A stretch of DNA of 64,000 nucleotides, taken from contig JAFYUV010000007.1 of NCBI GenBank assembly GCA_017549425.1, positions 33,342 to 97,341 on the forward strand, written 5' to 3'. Shown here piece after piece: positions 28,346 through 38,472 of the stretch; within the stretch, counting starts at the first letter, position 1; every line of letters starts with the position of its first letter. The DNA is from Clostridia bacterium (GTDB lineage Bacteria > Bacillota > Clostridia > TANB77 > CAG-465). The position numbers and the translations under genes were made by a program. The notes beneath the pieces are model-generated. The model did not search any database and was not told the DNA's origin. It saw nothing but the letters and a program-made list of their open reading frames with translations.

Positions 28346-29161
28346 ATGATACTTGAAAAAAACGAAATAAATTTAACTGCTGAGGCTTATGTATATGTTG
28401 GTAGATGCGAGGCTGAAGAAATTCTAAAAATTTTCAAAGAAGAGCTAAGAAAATATATTTATATAATAAAGCGGTTTGCGGTAGAAGATTTAAAAAAACT
28501 GTCAGATGATGAGTTTTGGGAGCTAGTGAAAGAGGTTTATTCAGTTAAACTGTTAGAAAGAGATTATTTAAAACTTCTTTCTAAAAAGTATAAAAAGGAG
28601 TATTATAAGTTTGTTGAAATAAATACGTCTATGGTGTATGAACAAACGGAAACTGAAGGCAAGGGGAAAAATTTCAGTTGGTGGCAACAATTATACCAAG
28701 TAAGATATGTAGTAGCAGTGTCGTCAGAATGCAAAGTTAGCTATGGAGATTTGTTCACGAAAGCAGAAATTGAAGAAAAAGTGCAAAATAATGATATTGT
28801 TTTAGTAAGACTACAATGTGAACCATTAAATGGCACAATTTCATTTGAAAAAGAAAACTTTCAAGAGTTTGAAATTACAGAGTTAGGCGTATTTAACTAT
28901 GAAGGTAAAATTTTTGGCTATGTTGAAAAAAATGAAAATTTTCACAGTGTTATCTCTTTATTAAGACGTGCTTTAAACAAAAAAAGAATAAGGAAAGATA
29001 TGGCAGATATCATAGAGGAATTGAAATTTCGGATTCACGAGATAATAACAGATAAATTCGTAGATTATTATTCTGAAATATCCAGAATGTGTAATGACTG
29101 GTATGAACTTTCTCAGGAAAAGAAAGAAGTAGAAGCTTTGTTAGTGCAATTGGCACAATAG
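28346..29161 (+). CDS. hypothetical cytoplasmic protein
   Basis: 271-aa ORF in good coding context. I recognise no family. Confidence 0.4.
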   Translation: MILEKNEINLTAEAYVYVGRCEAEEILKIFKEELRKYIYIIKRFAVEDLKKLSDDEFWELVKEVYSVKLLERDYLKLLSKKYKKEYYKFVEINTSMVYEQTETEGKGKNFSWWQQLYQVRYVVAVSSECKVSYGDLFTKAEIEEKVQNNDIVLVRLQCEPLNGTISFEKENFQEFEITELGVFNYEGKIFGYVEKNENFHSVISLLRRALNKKRIRKDMADIIEELKFRIHEIITDKFVDYYSEISRMCNDWYELSQEKKEVEALLVQLAQ

Positions 29162-29276
29162 TTTTATCTGGAAAAGGCGATTAAAGAATCGTCTTTTCCT
29201 TTTTGGCACAAAGAACGTATGTTTAAAATTTGTTGACTTTAAAAATGTTTAATGATATACTTTTTTTGGTGATAAA

Positions 29277-31334
29277 ATGAGTAACAACTTTTTAAACGAA
29301 AGTGTTCAATATATGAAAGGTGTAGGGCCTGCTAAATTTAAGAAATTAGAAAAAATGGGAATAACTACATATAGGGATTTGTTGGAATATTATCCTAGAT
29401 CATATGAAGATAGAAGAAATATAAAGCAAATATCTGAATTTGTTCATGGAGAATATGCCATTTTTAAAGGTAAAATTATAGGTAGAATAAATGCTAGAAG
29501 AATAAGAAAATCTTTAAATATTATATATTTTTATATAACAGATGAAACAGCAGAAGTTCAAATTACTATATTTAATCAACAATATTTAATGGATAAGTTA
29601 CTTGTAGGAAAGAAATATGCTTTTTATGGGAAGGTAGAATATATAAATGGAAGATTTGAAGTTCAAAATCCTATAATTGTTGAAGAAAATAAAATAAATG
29701 AATTGTTTGGTATTTTTCCAATATATAAATTGACTTCAGGAATTACAAATAATTATATATTCTCTTTAGAGAAACAGTTATTTAAAAATAAAATAACCTT
29801 TAAAGATATTATTCCTGAAGTAGTTAGAGAGAAATATAAATTACAAGGAATAAACGAATCTTTAAAGAATATTCATTTACCTAAAAATTTAGATGAGATA
29901 GATAGTGCTAGAAGAAGAATTATATTCGAAGAGTTATATTTAATGCAACTGGCTTTAAATAGCCTTAAATATAGAAATTTACAAAAGGATAACGGTATAA
30001 AATTTCAAGATGTGGATTATTCTGAATTCATTAAGTTGTTGCCCTTTAATTTAACAGGAGCTCAGCAAAAAGCATTAGCAGAAATTAGGAAAGATATGTC
30101 TAGCAATAAAGTTATGAATAGACTAGTACAAGGTGATGTTGGAAGTGGAAAAACAATAATAGCTGCTATAGCTATGTATATTGCTGTGAAAAATGGCTAT
30201 CAAGCAGCTATGATGGCTCCAACAACAATTCTTGCTTTACAGCATAAAAATGAATTAGAAAAATATTTTACAAAGTTAGGAATGAAAGTGGAGGTTTTGA
30301 CTGGTAATACGACGGCAAAGAACAAAAGGTTAATATTAGAGAAATTAGAAAAGGGAGAAATAGATATTTTAGTTGGTACTCATTCAATAATAGAAGATAA
30401 TGTTGTTTTTAAAAAGCTTGGAATGATTGTTACAGACGAACAGCATAGATTTGGGGTTAACCAACGTGTTAAACTAACAAACAAAGGTATATATCCTGAT
30501 GTAATGGTAATGAGCGCAACACCAATACCGAGGACGTTAGCATTAATGTTATATTCAGATTTGGACATGACAATAATAGATGAGCTGCCTCCTAATAGAA
30601 TCCCTATAAAAACTTATGTTGTAGACGAAAGTTACGAGCAAAGAATCATTAATTTTATAAAAAAGGAACTAGATAAAGGTAGACAAGCATATATTGTTTG
30701 CCCTTTAATAGAAGAGAATGAAGAGTTAGACTTAAAGGATGCAACTAGTCTTTATGAAAGCTATAAAAATGAATTTCTTAAAGAATATGATATAGGATTC
30801 CTTCATGGGAAAATGAAAAACAAAGAAAAAGATGAAATAATGCAGAAATTTAAAGAGGGTCAAATTAAAGCATTAATATCTACCACAGTAATAGAGGTAG
30901 GGGTTAATGTTCCTAATGCAACTCTTATGATTATAGAAGATGCGGATAGATTTGGACTAGCTACATTACATCAGTTAAGAGGAAGAGTTGGTAGAGCAAA
31001 CTTTGAATCATACTGCGTTTTAAAATCTAGAAATAAAAGTGCTCAAGCAAGAGAAAGACTAGGAATTATGGCGGCCTCAAACGATGGGTTTGAAATAGCA
31101 AGAAGAGATTTAGAACTAAGGGGCCCGGGAGATTTTTTTGGTATACGACAACATGGTTTGCCTGAGTTTAAACTTGCAGATTTGCTAAAGGATGTTAAAC
31201 TTTTAAAAGAATCTTCTGAAGCAGCAAAAGAGACTTTAGAAGAAGATCCTAGATTAGAAAAAATAGAAAACTTAGAATTGCGAGAATATATTTTCGAAAA
31301 ATATAAAGAACAATTAGAAAATATTGGAACTTAA
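29277..31334 (+). CDS. recG: ATP-dependent DNA helicase RecG
   Basis: Wedge domain at the N-terminus; helicase motifs GDVGSGKT, DEQHRFG and QLRGRVGR. Confidence 0.9.
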   Translation: MSNNFLNESVQYMKGVGPAKFKKLEKMGITTYRDLLEYYPRSYEDRRNIKQISEFVHGEYAIFKGKIIGRINARRIRKSLNIIYFYITDETAEVQITIFNQQYLMDKLLVGKKYAFYGKVEYINGRFEVQNPIIVEENKINELFGIFPIYKLTSGITNNYIFSLEKQLFKNKITFKDIIPEVVREKYKLQGINESLKNIHLPKNLDEIDSARRRIIFEELYLMQLALNSLKYRNLQKDNGIKFQDVDYSEFIKLLPFNLTGAQQKALAEIRKDMSSNKVMNRLVQGDVGSGKTIIAAIAMYIAVKNGYQAAMMAPTTILALQHKNELEKYFTKLGMKVEVLTGNTTAKNKRLILEKLEKGEIDILVGTHSIIEDNVVFKKLGMIVTDEQHRFGVNQRVKLTNKGIYPDVMVMSATPIPRTLALMLYSDLDMTIIDELPPNRIPIKTYVVDESYEQRIINFIKKELDKGRQAYIVCPLIEENEELDLKDATSLYESYKNEFLKEYDIGFLHGKMKNKEKDEIMQKFKEGQIKALISTTVIEVGVNVPNATLMIIEDADRFGLATLHQLRGRVGRANFESYCVLKSRNKSAQARERLGIMAASNDGFEIARRDLELRGPGDFFGIRQHGLPEFKLADLLKDVKLLKESSEAAKETLEEDPRLEKIENLELREYIFEKYKEQLENIGT

Positions 31335-31411
31335 GCAAAAAATATATTTTTTTGCTTGACTTCCAATTTTACTTAATATATTATATTGTTATAAACATAG
31401 GAGGAAATTAT

Positions 31412-31540
31412 ATGGAGAACGGAGAAGAATTAGAGAGAAAAATAGAAGAAGGTTTAAATAAACTAAAAAAAGATATGAAAGAGATAAAAAAATTAGATAA
31501 ATTAGCTAGTGAATTAGAAGAAAGCGGGGTTGAAGAATAA
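31412..31540 (+). CDS. small acidic coiled-coil protein (42 aa)
   Basis: RBS GGAGG precedes the ATG at 31412. Its stop TAA sits 1 nt before an ATG of the next gene, suggesting translational coupling. Confidence 0.3.
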   Translation: MENGEELERKIEEGLNKLKKDMKEIKKLDKLASELEESGVEE

Positions 31541-33167
31541 TATGGAAGGGAACTCAACAAGCAATGTAAATTTAAATTTAGCAAATTCTTTATATAAAGA
31601 AGCTGAAAAATTTAAAAAAACTATCGAAAAGGGAAAAGCTTACGTAGAAAAAATTGAAAATAACCCTGTGTATAACGAATATAAAGATATGGATGATTTG
31701 GCTTTTGAAAACATGAAGTATTCCGAAGATTTGGATGAAGAACAAAAAGAAGTCCTTAATAACTATGAGTTATATAAAGATCAATCTAGAAAAAGAGAAG
31801 AGTTAATTGAGGCGTTAAAAGACGCTGAACCAACAAGAAAGTCATATATAAAAAATATACACATAGCAATATCTAAATATATAGTTCAAGCTGAAAAAGA
31901 AATAGCAAATCTTGAAAAACAAATAAAAGAATTTGAACAGTATATAGAAAAGGATAAAGCTAAATTAGCAGAATTAGAAGCTGATCCTGAGAAGAATAAG
32001 TTAGTAATTGAAGACTTAAAAAGTAGCATTGAAGCAAGAGAGGCTAAATTAAAAACTTATACCAAAGAATTAGCTAAATTACAAAAAGAATTAGAAAAGA
32101 ACAAGGTTAAATTTGCTGATTATCTAGAATTAGCTGACGAAGAAATTGGGCTAGAAGAAGAAAAAGTTTCTCCGGATAAAGGTGACAAAAAAGAAACTTC
32201 GGAAGAAGAAAAAACATCTCCGGATAAAGGTGACAAAAAAGAAGCTTCGGAAGAGGAAAAAACATCTCCGGATAAAGATGATGAAAAAGACGTTTCCGAA
32301 GAAGAAAAATCTTCTCAAGATAACAGCGACGAAAAGGGTGCTCCAGCAGGAAAGACGACTACTGAAAAGGCTGAGAAATCTGTTCAAGCAGAACCAGTTG
32401 CTAAAGAGGAATCTAAAGAGACTGACGTTCAAGCTTTCAACAGGATATATAAATTGATGAAAAATAGGAAAACTAGAGATTCTATATCTAGGGAAGACAT
32501 AGATAAAATGATAGACATTATGAGTGATCCTGAGAAATATAAAGAGTTAAAAATAGACACTTCTAGATTTTTAAAGTTACCATTTTTCCCTAGTACAGCA
32601 GAAAAAATATTTAAGCAAATAGGTAAACACTTAGATAAGGATGTGAAAACAACTTTAGGAGCAAAAGTAGCACAAGAATTAGTGGATAATAAAGAACTTA
32701 CAAAGTGGGAGAGTGTTACAGATTTAGGATATAATCAAGGAAGAAAAACTAAAGCAGAAGTTTTACTAGAAGAAGCATTTCTAGATGAAAATACTCCTGA
32801 CGATAAAGTAGAACAATTAGCAGATATGCAAATAAGATTAGAGAAATTCCGTAATGCAGCCACTACTATGTATGATGTAAGAATGTCAAGAAATGAATTA
32901 AAAGTACCTTCTAATATGTTGGGAGAGGCAAAAGAACCTTTAGTTGCTCCAGATGAAGATGTTTATGATTCTGTGAAGAAAGAACAGGAACAGGGAAAAG
33001 AAGCTCCAGATGTGATAGATTATAGCGATAATCCAGATTATCAAGCTTTCATGGGGAATAGGCCATCTTGGGGAGACTTAGTACCACCTGAAGAGGCTAG
33101 TGTTGATTTATATGAAGAACACGAACAGCCAAAATCTAAGGAAACTCACGATAGAGGTGAATTTTAA
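31530..33167 (+). CDS. acidic coiled-coil protein with three tandem 16-aa repeats (SPDKGDKKExSEEEKT); function unknown
   Basis: No signal peptide or TM. Long heptad-like stretches. The true start may be the ATG at 31542. Confidence 0.5.
   Translation: MKNNMEGNSTSNVNLNLANSLYKEAEKFKKTIEKGKAYVEKIENNPVYNEYKDMDDLAFENMKYSEDLDEEQKEVLNNYELYKDQSRKREELIEALKDAEPTRKSYIKNIHIAISKYIVQAEKEIANLEKQIKEFEQYIEKDKAKLAELEADPEKNKLVIEDLKSSIEAREAKLKTYTKELAKLQKELEKNKVKFADYLELADEEIGLEEEKVSPDKGDKKETSEEEKTSPDKGDKKEASEEEKTSPDKDDEKDVSEEEKSSQDNSDEKGAPAGKTTTEKAEKSVQAEPVAKEESKETDVQAFNRIYKLMKNRKTRDSISREDIDKMIDIMSDPEKYKELKIDTSRFLKLPFFPSTAEKIFKQIGKHLDKDVKTTLGAKVAQELVDNKELTKWESVTDLGYNQGRKTKAEVLLEEAFLDENTPDDKVEQLADMQIRLEKFRNAATTMYDVRMSRNELKVPSNMLGEAKEPLVAPDEDVYDSVKKEQEQGKEAPDVIDYSDNPDYQAFMGNRPSWGDLVPPEEASVDLYEEHEQPKSKETHDRGEF
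32169..32312 (+). repeat. three tandem 48-bp in-frame repeats
   Basis: TCTCCGGATAAAGGTGACAAAAAAGAAACTTCGGAAGAAGAAAAAACA repeated three times with a few substitutions. Confidence 0.8.
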
Positions 33168-33904
33168 TGAAAACAGTTATAGTAACAGGAGGCTCAAAAG
33201 GTATTGGCAGAGCAATAGTTTATGCTTTTGCAAAAGCAGGGTATAATGTAATATTAAATTATAATACTTCTTATCAATCAGCTAAAGATATAGTCGAAGA
33301 TTTAAAAGATTGTGATGGAATTGTTGAAATGTTTAAAGCAGACGTTTCTAATAGAGATGAAGTAGATAGCATGGTCGAATATGCTGTAAAGGAATTTGGT
33401 AAGATTGATGTTTTAGTAAATAATGCAGGAATTTGTGATGTTGAACTATTCACAGATATAACAGAAGAAACTTGGAATAAAGTTTTAGACGTGAATTTAA
33501 AAGGTGTATTTAATGTTACTCAATCAGTACTTAGAAATTCTATGATAAATGAAAAAAATGGAAGTATAATCAATATTTCTTCTATATATGGAATTTGCGG
33601 GGGCTCTTGTGAAGTGGCTTATTCTGCATCAAAAGCGGGGATTGTAGGACTTACAAAGGCGTTGGCTAAAGAATTGGCGTTAAGCAATATTAATGTGAAT
33701 GCAGTAGCTCCTGGAGCAATAAATACAGATATGTTAAAAGAAAATTATTCTAAAGAAGATTTAGAAGTAACTAGAGAGGAAATTCCGATGGGGAGATTCG
33801 GTACTCCAGATGAAGTAGCTGAATTGGTCTTGTTCTTATCAACAGATAATGCAAAATACATAACAGGACAAGTAATTAGTCCTAATGGAGGACTTGTAAT
33901 GTAA
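33167..33904 (+). CDS. SDR-family oxidoreductase (FabG-like 3-oxoacyl-ACP reductase)
   Basis: TGGSKGIGRA Rossmann fold, NNAGI, and the catalytic YSASKAG. Confidence 0.7.
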   Translation: MKTVIVTGGSKGIGRAIVYAFAKAGYNVILNYNTSYQSAKDIVEDLKDCDGIVEMFKADVSNRDEVDSMVEYAVKEFGKIDVLVNNAGICDVELFTDITEETWNKVLDVNLKGVFNVTQSVLRNSMINEKNGSIINISSIYGICGGSCEVAYSASKAGIVGLTKALAKELALSNINVNAVAPGAINTDMLKENYSKEDLEVTREEIPMGRFGTPDEVAELVLFLSTDNAKYITGQVISPNGGLVM

Positions 33905-33970
33905 TATAAAAAAATTGGGTGTTTTAAGACATCCAATTTTTTATTGTTCTAATAAAAAGTATAAAATAAA

Positions 33971-33997
33971 GAGAGTAAAACAACAAGTTTTACTCTC
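33971..33997. terminator. bidirectional terminator
   Basis: Hairpin GAGAGTAAAACAACAAGTTTTACTCTC with an A-run on one side and a T-run on the other. Confidence 0.5.
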
Positions 33998-34003
33998 TAT
34001 TTT

Positions 34004-34079
34004 GGTAGCGGCGATTGGAATCGAACCAATGACCTCACGGGTATGAACCGTACGCTCTAGCCAACTAAGCTACGCCGCC
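34004..34079 (-). tRNA. elongator tRNA-Met (anticodon CAT)
   Basis: Reverse complement is GGCGGCGTAGCTTAGTTGGCTAGAGCGTACGGTTCATACCCGTGAGGTCATTGGTTCGATTCCAATCGCCGCTACCA. It closely matches a Bacillus-type elongator Met tRNA. Confidence 0.8.
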
Positions 34080-34255
34080 ACACGACTTACCTTAATAATA
34101 TACAATATATAAATGCAATTGTCAAGGTGTTATAGCATATTTTTCATATATTTTTTTCGACTATATATTTTTTTTATTTTAACTACCAAGTATATTTTAC
34201 TACAATTTTCTACTATGAATGTATTGTAATATATATGCTAATCAAAGGTGATTTA

Positions 34256-35131
34256 ATGATAAAAGATGTTTTAAGTATTTTGCCCCTTAAAATTCTTAAC
34301 GTAATGAAAGATTTAGATGTAGATAATATAACGGAAATTCGATTAAGAAATAATCAAAATATTTGTTTCAAGTTTGGAAATTTAGAAGTAGTCAAGGATT
34401 ATAAGATAAGTACTAAGGACATTGAGGAAATATTAGTTAAAGTTTCAGGTTATTCTATTTATTCTATACAAAATAGTATTAACGAAGGTTATATAACAGC
34501 TCCTGGAGGAAATAGAATTGGCATAGTAGGAGAGGCTGTTGTAATAGATAATAAAATTAAGAATTTTAAAAATATTTCTTCCATGAATATTCGAATTTCT
34601 AGGGAGATAAAGGGATGTGCCAATGGAGTTATATCTAAGGCCTATGACGATTTTGGTAATTTAAAAAATATATTAATAGTATCTCCACCAGGATGTGGTA
34701 AGACAACTTTTTTAAGAGATTTAATAAGGCAGTTAAGCAATAAAGGAGCTAATGTGGGGCTAGTAGATGAAAGAGGAGAAGTTTCTTGCAATTATATGGG
34801 AAATTCAACTCTTGATGTTGGGACAAGAACAGACGTAATTAGTTTTATACAAAAAACTGTTGGTATCAGCATGTTAATTAGAAGCATGGGGCTAGATGTT
34901 GTTGCACTAGATGAGATTGGAAGCAGAGATGATATACTTGCAATTAAACATGCTACTCAGTGTGGAGTTAAGGTAATTGCTACCATACATGGTGATGAAT
35001 CTATAATTAAAAACAATAAAACGCTAGGAAAAGGTTATTTTGATTTAGTAATAATTCTTGAAAAAATAGGGAAGGTTAAAAAAATTATAAATTTAAATGA
35101 AGAGTTTAAGGAGAGTATTTTTAATGGTTAA
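34256..35131 (+). CDS. spoIIIAA: stage III sporulation protein AA (ATPase)
   Basis: RBS AAAGGTGA. Walker A SPPGCGKTT. First gene of an 8-gene spoIIIA operon. Confidence 0.8.
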   Translation: MIKDVLSILPLKILNVMKDLDVDNITEIRLRNNQNICFKFGNLEVVKDYKISTKDIEEILVKVSGYSIYSIQNSINEGYITAPGGNRIGIVGEAVVIDNKIKNFKNISSMNIRISREIKGCANGVISKAYDDFGNLKNILIVSPPGCGKTTFLRDLIRQLSNKGANVGLVDERGEVSCNYMGNSTLDVGTRTDVISFIQKTVGISMLIRSMGLDVVALDEIGSRDDILAIKHATQCGVKVIATIHGDESIIKNNKTLGKGYFDLVIILEKIGKVKKIINLNEEFKESIFNG

Positions 35132-35627
35132 GTTAATTTTGGTTATATGTGTAGTTTTGTTATGTTCAATATTAGGAATAAAAAAAGCTAAGAAATTTGA
35201 AAATAGGGAACAAATAATTAGAGAGTCAATATCTTTATTTAAAAGAGTAGAAAATGACATTAAATATACTCTTAATGCACTTCCAAATGCAATTGAAATT
35301 GCAAGACAAGATTTTAAAACAGAATTTAAAGATGTTTTGGGGAATATATCAGTATCTTTACTAGACAATTCCTATACAGAAGAGACTATAATTTATAACG
35401 TTGATGAATTAAAAAGTTTAAAATCTTATGATAAGCAAATTCTATCAAATGGCCTTATATCTCTTGGTAAAACAGATATAGAGACGCAAATAAGTTTAAT
35501 AGACAATACAATAAATACTTTAACGGAAATATTATATGAAGCAAAAGATGAAAAGATGAAGAATACTAAATTATATAGAACAATAGGTTTAGTTGCGGGA
35601 ATGATGATAGCAATTGTAATTATATGA
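35124..35627 (+). CDS. spoIIIAB: stage III sporulation protein AB
   Basis: RBS AAGGAGAG. N-terminal and C-terminal TM helices, by position in the operon. Confidence 0.65.
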   Translation: MVKLILVICVVLLCSILGIKKAKKFENREQIIRESISLFKRVENDIKYTLNALPNAIEIARQDFKTEFKDVLGNISVSLLDNSYTEETIIYNVDELKSLKSYDKQILSNGLISLGKTDIETQISLIDNTINTLTEILYEAKDEKMKNTKLYRTIGLVAGMMIAIVII

Positions 35628-35636
35628 GGTGGTAGA

Positions 35637-35831
35637 GTGGAAGTAGATTTACTATTTAAAATAGCTGGTATTGGAATATTAGTAGCTGTATTAAACCAAG
35701 TATTAAATAAAGCAGGAAGAGAAGATCAAGCAATGATGATAACTATTACGGGATTAATAATTGTGTTAATGTTAGTAGTAGACAAAATAAGTGTTTTGTT
35801 TGATACTGTCAGAAACATTTTTAATTTGTAA
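35637..35831 (+). CDS. spoIIIAC: stage III sporulation protein AC
   Basis: 64-aa two-TM protein with a GTG start after GAGGTGG. Confidence 0.7.
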   Translation: MEVDLLFKIAGIGILVAVLNQVLNKAGREDQAMMITITGLIIVLMLVVDKISVLFDTVRNIFNL

Positions 35832-35842
35832 TAGGTAATAAC

Positions 35843-36235
35843 ATGGATATTTTAAAAATTTGTGGTTTTGCAATTATAGCAATTTCTCTAATAATGGTAG
35901 TAAAAGAAACAAACAAATCGTTTGCGTTGTATTTAACTATAATAACCAGCGTTATACTAATGCTTTACATTATATCTAATATGCAAAATATATTTGAAAT
36001 GTTAAAAGAACTAACTTCAAATAATAATATACAATTAAAATATTTATCTCTAATATTAAAAATAGCAGGAATTTCTTATTTGGTAGAGTTTGCTAAAAAT
36101 ATTTGCTATGATTCAGGTGAAACGGCTATAGGTACAAAAATAGAACTTGCTCGGAAAAGTAATAATAGTAACATTGTCTCTGCCTATTTTAACAGAAGTT
36201 TTAGAGCTAGTATCAAGTTTGGTATAAGTTGGTGA
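35843..36235 (+). CDS. spoIIIAD: stage III sporulation protein AD
   Basis: 130-aa polytopic membrane protein, by position in the operon. Confidence 0.65.
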   Translation: MDILKICGFAIIAISLIMVVKETNKSFALYLTIITSVILMLYIISNMQNIFEMLKELTSNNNIQLKYLSLILKIAGISYLVEFAKNICYDSGETAIGTKIELARKSNNSNIVSAYFNRSFRASIKFGISW

Positions 36236-36239
36236 ACTA

Positions 36240-37367
36240 ATGAAAGTAAACAGAATATTTATTATATTAATTGTGTTGCCTCTGCTTTTGAACAATGTAT
36301 TTGCTACTGACGATTATACCAAAGAGATTGCAGGCGAACTGGAATTAGAAAAAGTGGTAGATAAACTTAATGATTTTACAGAAGATATAGATTTAGAAGA
36401 AATTTCATCTAATATATTAACTGGTAAAGGTTTAAACTTTGGAGTTATTGGAAATATTTTAGTAAAATCACTAAAAGAAAATATTAGCCCTTTCATTAAA
36501 GAAGCTGTTACTGTAATAATTTTTTTAATATTATTTTCTTTTATAAGAAGTTTTGAACTAGAAAGAGATAGCTGTTTAGGTGAAATTGTAAATATAGTAG
36601 GGGTATTAGTAATTGTTTCAATATATTTTGCTAGATATATAAACCTGTTAGATATAATGAAGGAAGCTATATCTTTGGAAACGAATATTGTTCAAATTAT
36701 ATCACCCTTTATGATGGGAATATTAATTTTAACAGGAGCTGTTACTACTACGAGTTTAATACAACCAATTGTGTTGTTGTTAGTAGGAGTGATTGGATTT
36801 TTAGTAACATATATTATAATCCCGTTAATATCACTATCAATTGTATTAAATATATTAAGCAATCTATCTAATTTTGTAAACATGGAACGATTTAGTAAAA
36901 TGGCAAACAAAGCCGCAATGCTTATAGTAACTATTTTACTTACAGCATTTGTAACGTTATATGGATTACAAACTAGTATTTCAACAAGTGTTGATGAGGT
37001 GACACTAAAGGCTTCTCAGGCGGCTGTATCTAACACTATACCTGTTGTTGGCAAATTTGTTTCAGACAGTTTGGAGTTTATTATAGGAGCTTCACAATTA
37101 ATAGGAAAAACAGGGGGGATTATTGCACTTATAGTAATAATTGTGTTGCTTATTTCACCAGTTATAAAATTAGCTATTGCAACGTGTATAACAACTGCTG
37201 TTTCAGCAATTGCAGAAGCCTTAAATTTAGATAATAAAATAGTAAAAATAATAGAAGGCTTCTCAAATTCATATAAGACAATATTAGGTATTTTAATTGC
37301 TATTAGTATTATGTTTATTACCTCTATTGGAGTAGTAATATCTCTTATGGAGAAAATAGCTTCATAA
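36240..37367 (+). CDS. spoIIIAE: stage III sporulation protein AE
   Basis: Signal peptide plus 7-8 TM helices, about 375 aa, the typical SpoIIIAE architecture. Confidence 0.75.
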   Translation: MKVNRIFIILIVLPLLLNNVFATDDYTKEIAGELELEKVVDKLNDFTEDIDLEEISSNILTGKGLNFGVIGNILVKSLKENISPFIKEAVTVIIFLILFSFIRSFELERDSCLGEIVNIVGVLVIVSIYFARYINLLDIMKEAISLETNIVQIISPFMMGILILTGAVTTTSLIQPIVLLLVGVIGFLVTYIIIPLISLSIVLNILSNLSNFVNMERFSKMANKAAMLIVTILLTAFVTLYGLQTSISTSVDEVTLKASQAAVSNTIPVVGKFVSDSLEFIIGASQLIGKTGGIIALIVIIVLLISPVIKLAIATCITTAVSAIAEALNLDNKIVKIIEGFSNSYKTILGILIAISIMFITSIGVVISLMEKIAS

Positions 37368-37385
37368 AATTATAAGGAGGAGTAA

Positions 37386-37905
37386 ATGGAAAATATAAAA
37401 AATTATATTATAAGCATATTATACATATCGGCTTTTGCTATTTTGCTAGAGCTTTTTATTCCTAAAAACAAAATAAAGAAATATATTTCTGCTATGATGT
37501 CAATGCTAGTTATACTAACAATAGCATCTCCTTTATTAAATGTATTTAAAGGTGACAATTTGGAAGATGCAATAGATAATGCTATATATGCTATATCTAG
37601 TAACCAATATGAACTTAGTCGGAAACGATAAAATAGATTTGGATAATTACAAAAACAAAGTAATAGTAACAAGAGTAAAAGAAAATTTAGAAAAAGAATT
37701 ATTTACAAGATTAGCTACAGAGTTAAAAGGTATTGTTACTATAGAAGAAGTAATTGTAAACCTAGATTCAAATTACCAGATGCAAGAAATTGTTGTAACA
37801 ATTAAAGAAAAAAGTTTGCCTTTGGTAGAAATGGCAATAGACAAAATTATAGCAGAATATAACTTACCGAGCTCTATGTTAAGAATTATAGCAAAAGGAG
37901 AATAA
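37386..37905 (+). pseudogene. spoIIIAF: spoIIIAF split across two overlapping frames (37386..37631 and 37579..37905), an apparent +1 frameshift near 37605-37630
   Basis: Frame 0 encodes the two N-terminal TM helices and stops at RKR*. Frame +1 continues with the soluble domain (VKENLEKELFTRLATELKG...) and has no RBS or start of its own. Confidence 0.45.
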
Positions 37906-37911
37906 TTTGTT

Positions 37912-38452
37912 ATGGAAAAATATATAAATAGAATAAAGAATTTGTTTAAATGTGACAAAAAAAATGAAAATTTACTAATAGCATTGGTTTTGGTAATAAT
38001 ATTGTTGTTCTCTATAACATATATTTTTAAGGATAATAAAACAGTTATAGAAGCTAATTCTGAATATGTTGTAGAAGATAGTGAGACTTCTATAGAATTA
38101 AAGTTGGAAGAAATTTTAAGTAAAATTGCTGGAATAAGTGAAGTTAGCGTTATGATAAATTATTCTACTACGGATAAAATTATACCTGTATATGACGTAA
38201 AAGAAAACATAGACAAAGAACAATCTGAGGGGAGAACAAGCGTTAACACAGTTACTGAAAAAAACGTGGCTTATCAAGAGGGAACTAATGGCAAAGTGCC
38301 TATAGTAGAAAGTACTGAGTTAGCTGTGGCGCAAGGAGCTATAGTAGTTGGTAGAGGCGTAAATGAACGGCAATAATGTTTCTAAAGTTAAAGAGGCGGT
38401 ATCAAGTATTACAGGAATACCTCTTTACAAAATTTCTGTTTTTGAGAAATAA
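37912..38452 (+). pseudogene. spoIIIAG: spoIIIAG with an apparent +1 frameshift about 10 codons before the annotated stop (frame 1 to 38376; the conserved C-terminus continues in frame 2 to 38452)
   Basis: The in-frame ORF ends ...AVAQGAIVVGRGVNERQ*. The next frame reads NNVSKVKEAVSSITGIPLYKISVFEK*, which resembles the conserved SpoIIIAG C-terminus (..IKQTIIEAVTRVLDVP..RVAV.. in B. subtilis, from memory). It would also fill the otherwise empty 96-nt gap before spoIIIAH. Confidence 0.4.
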
Positions 38453-38472
38453 TTAAAAAGGAGAGAGTCACT

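Noticed and set aside
32151-32457. Alternative-frame ORFs (32151..32432 minus, 32182..32457 plus) inside the tandem-repeat region
   Set aside because: They are low-complexity artefacts of the 48-bp repeats. Their polybasic, repetitive translations lack starts with RBS, and the region is already explained by the acidic repeat protein.
34082-34255. A sigma-E/sigma-G sporulation promoter upstream of spoIIIAA
   Set aside because: I could not find a convincing ATATT-N14-CATACA-T or sigma-G match by eye in the AT-rich intergenic region, so no promoter call is made.
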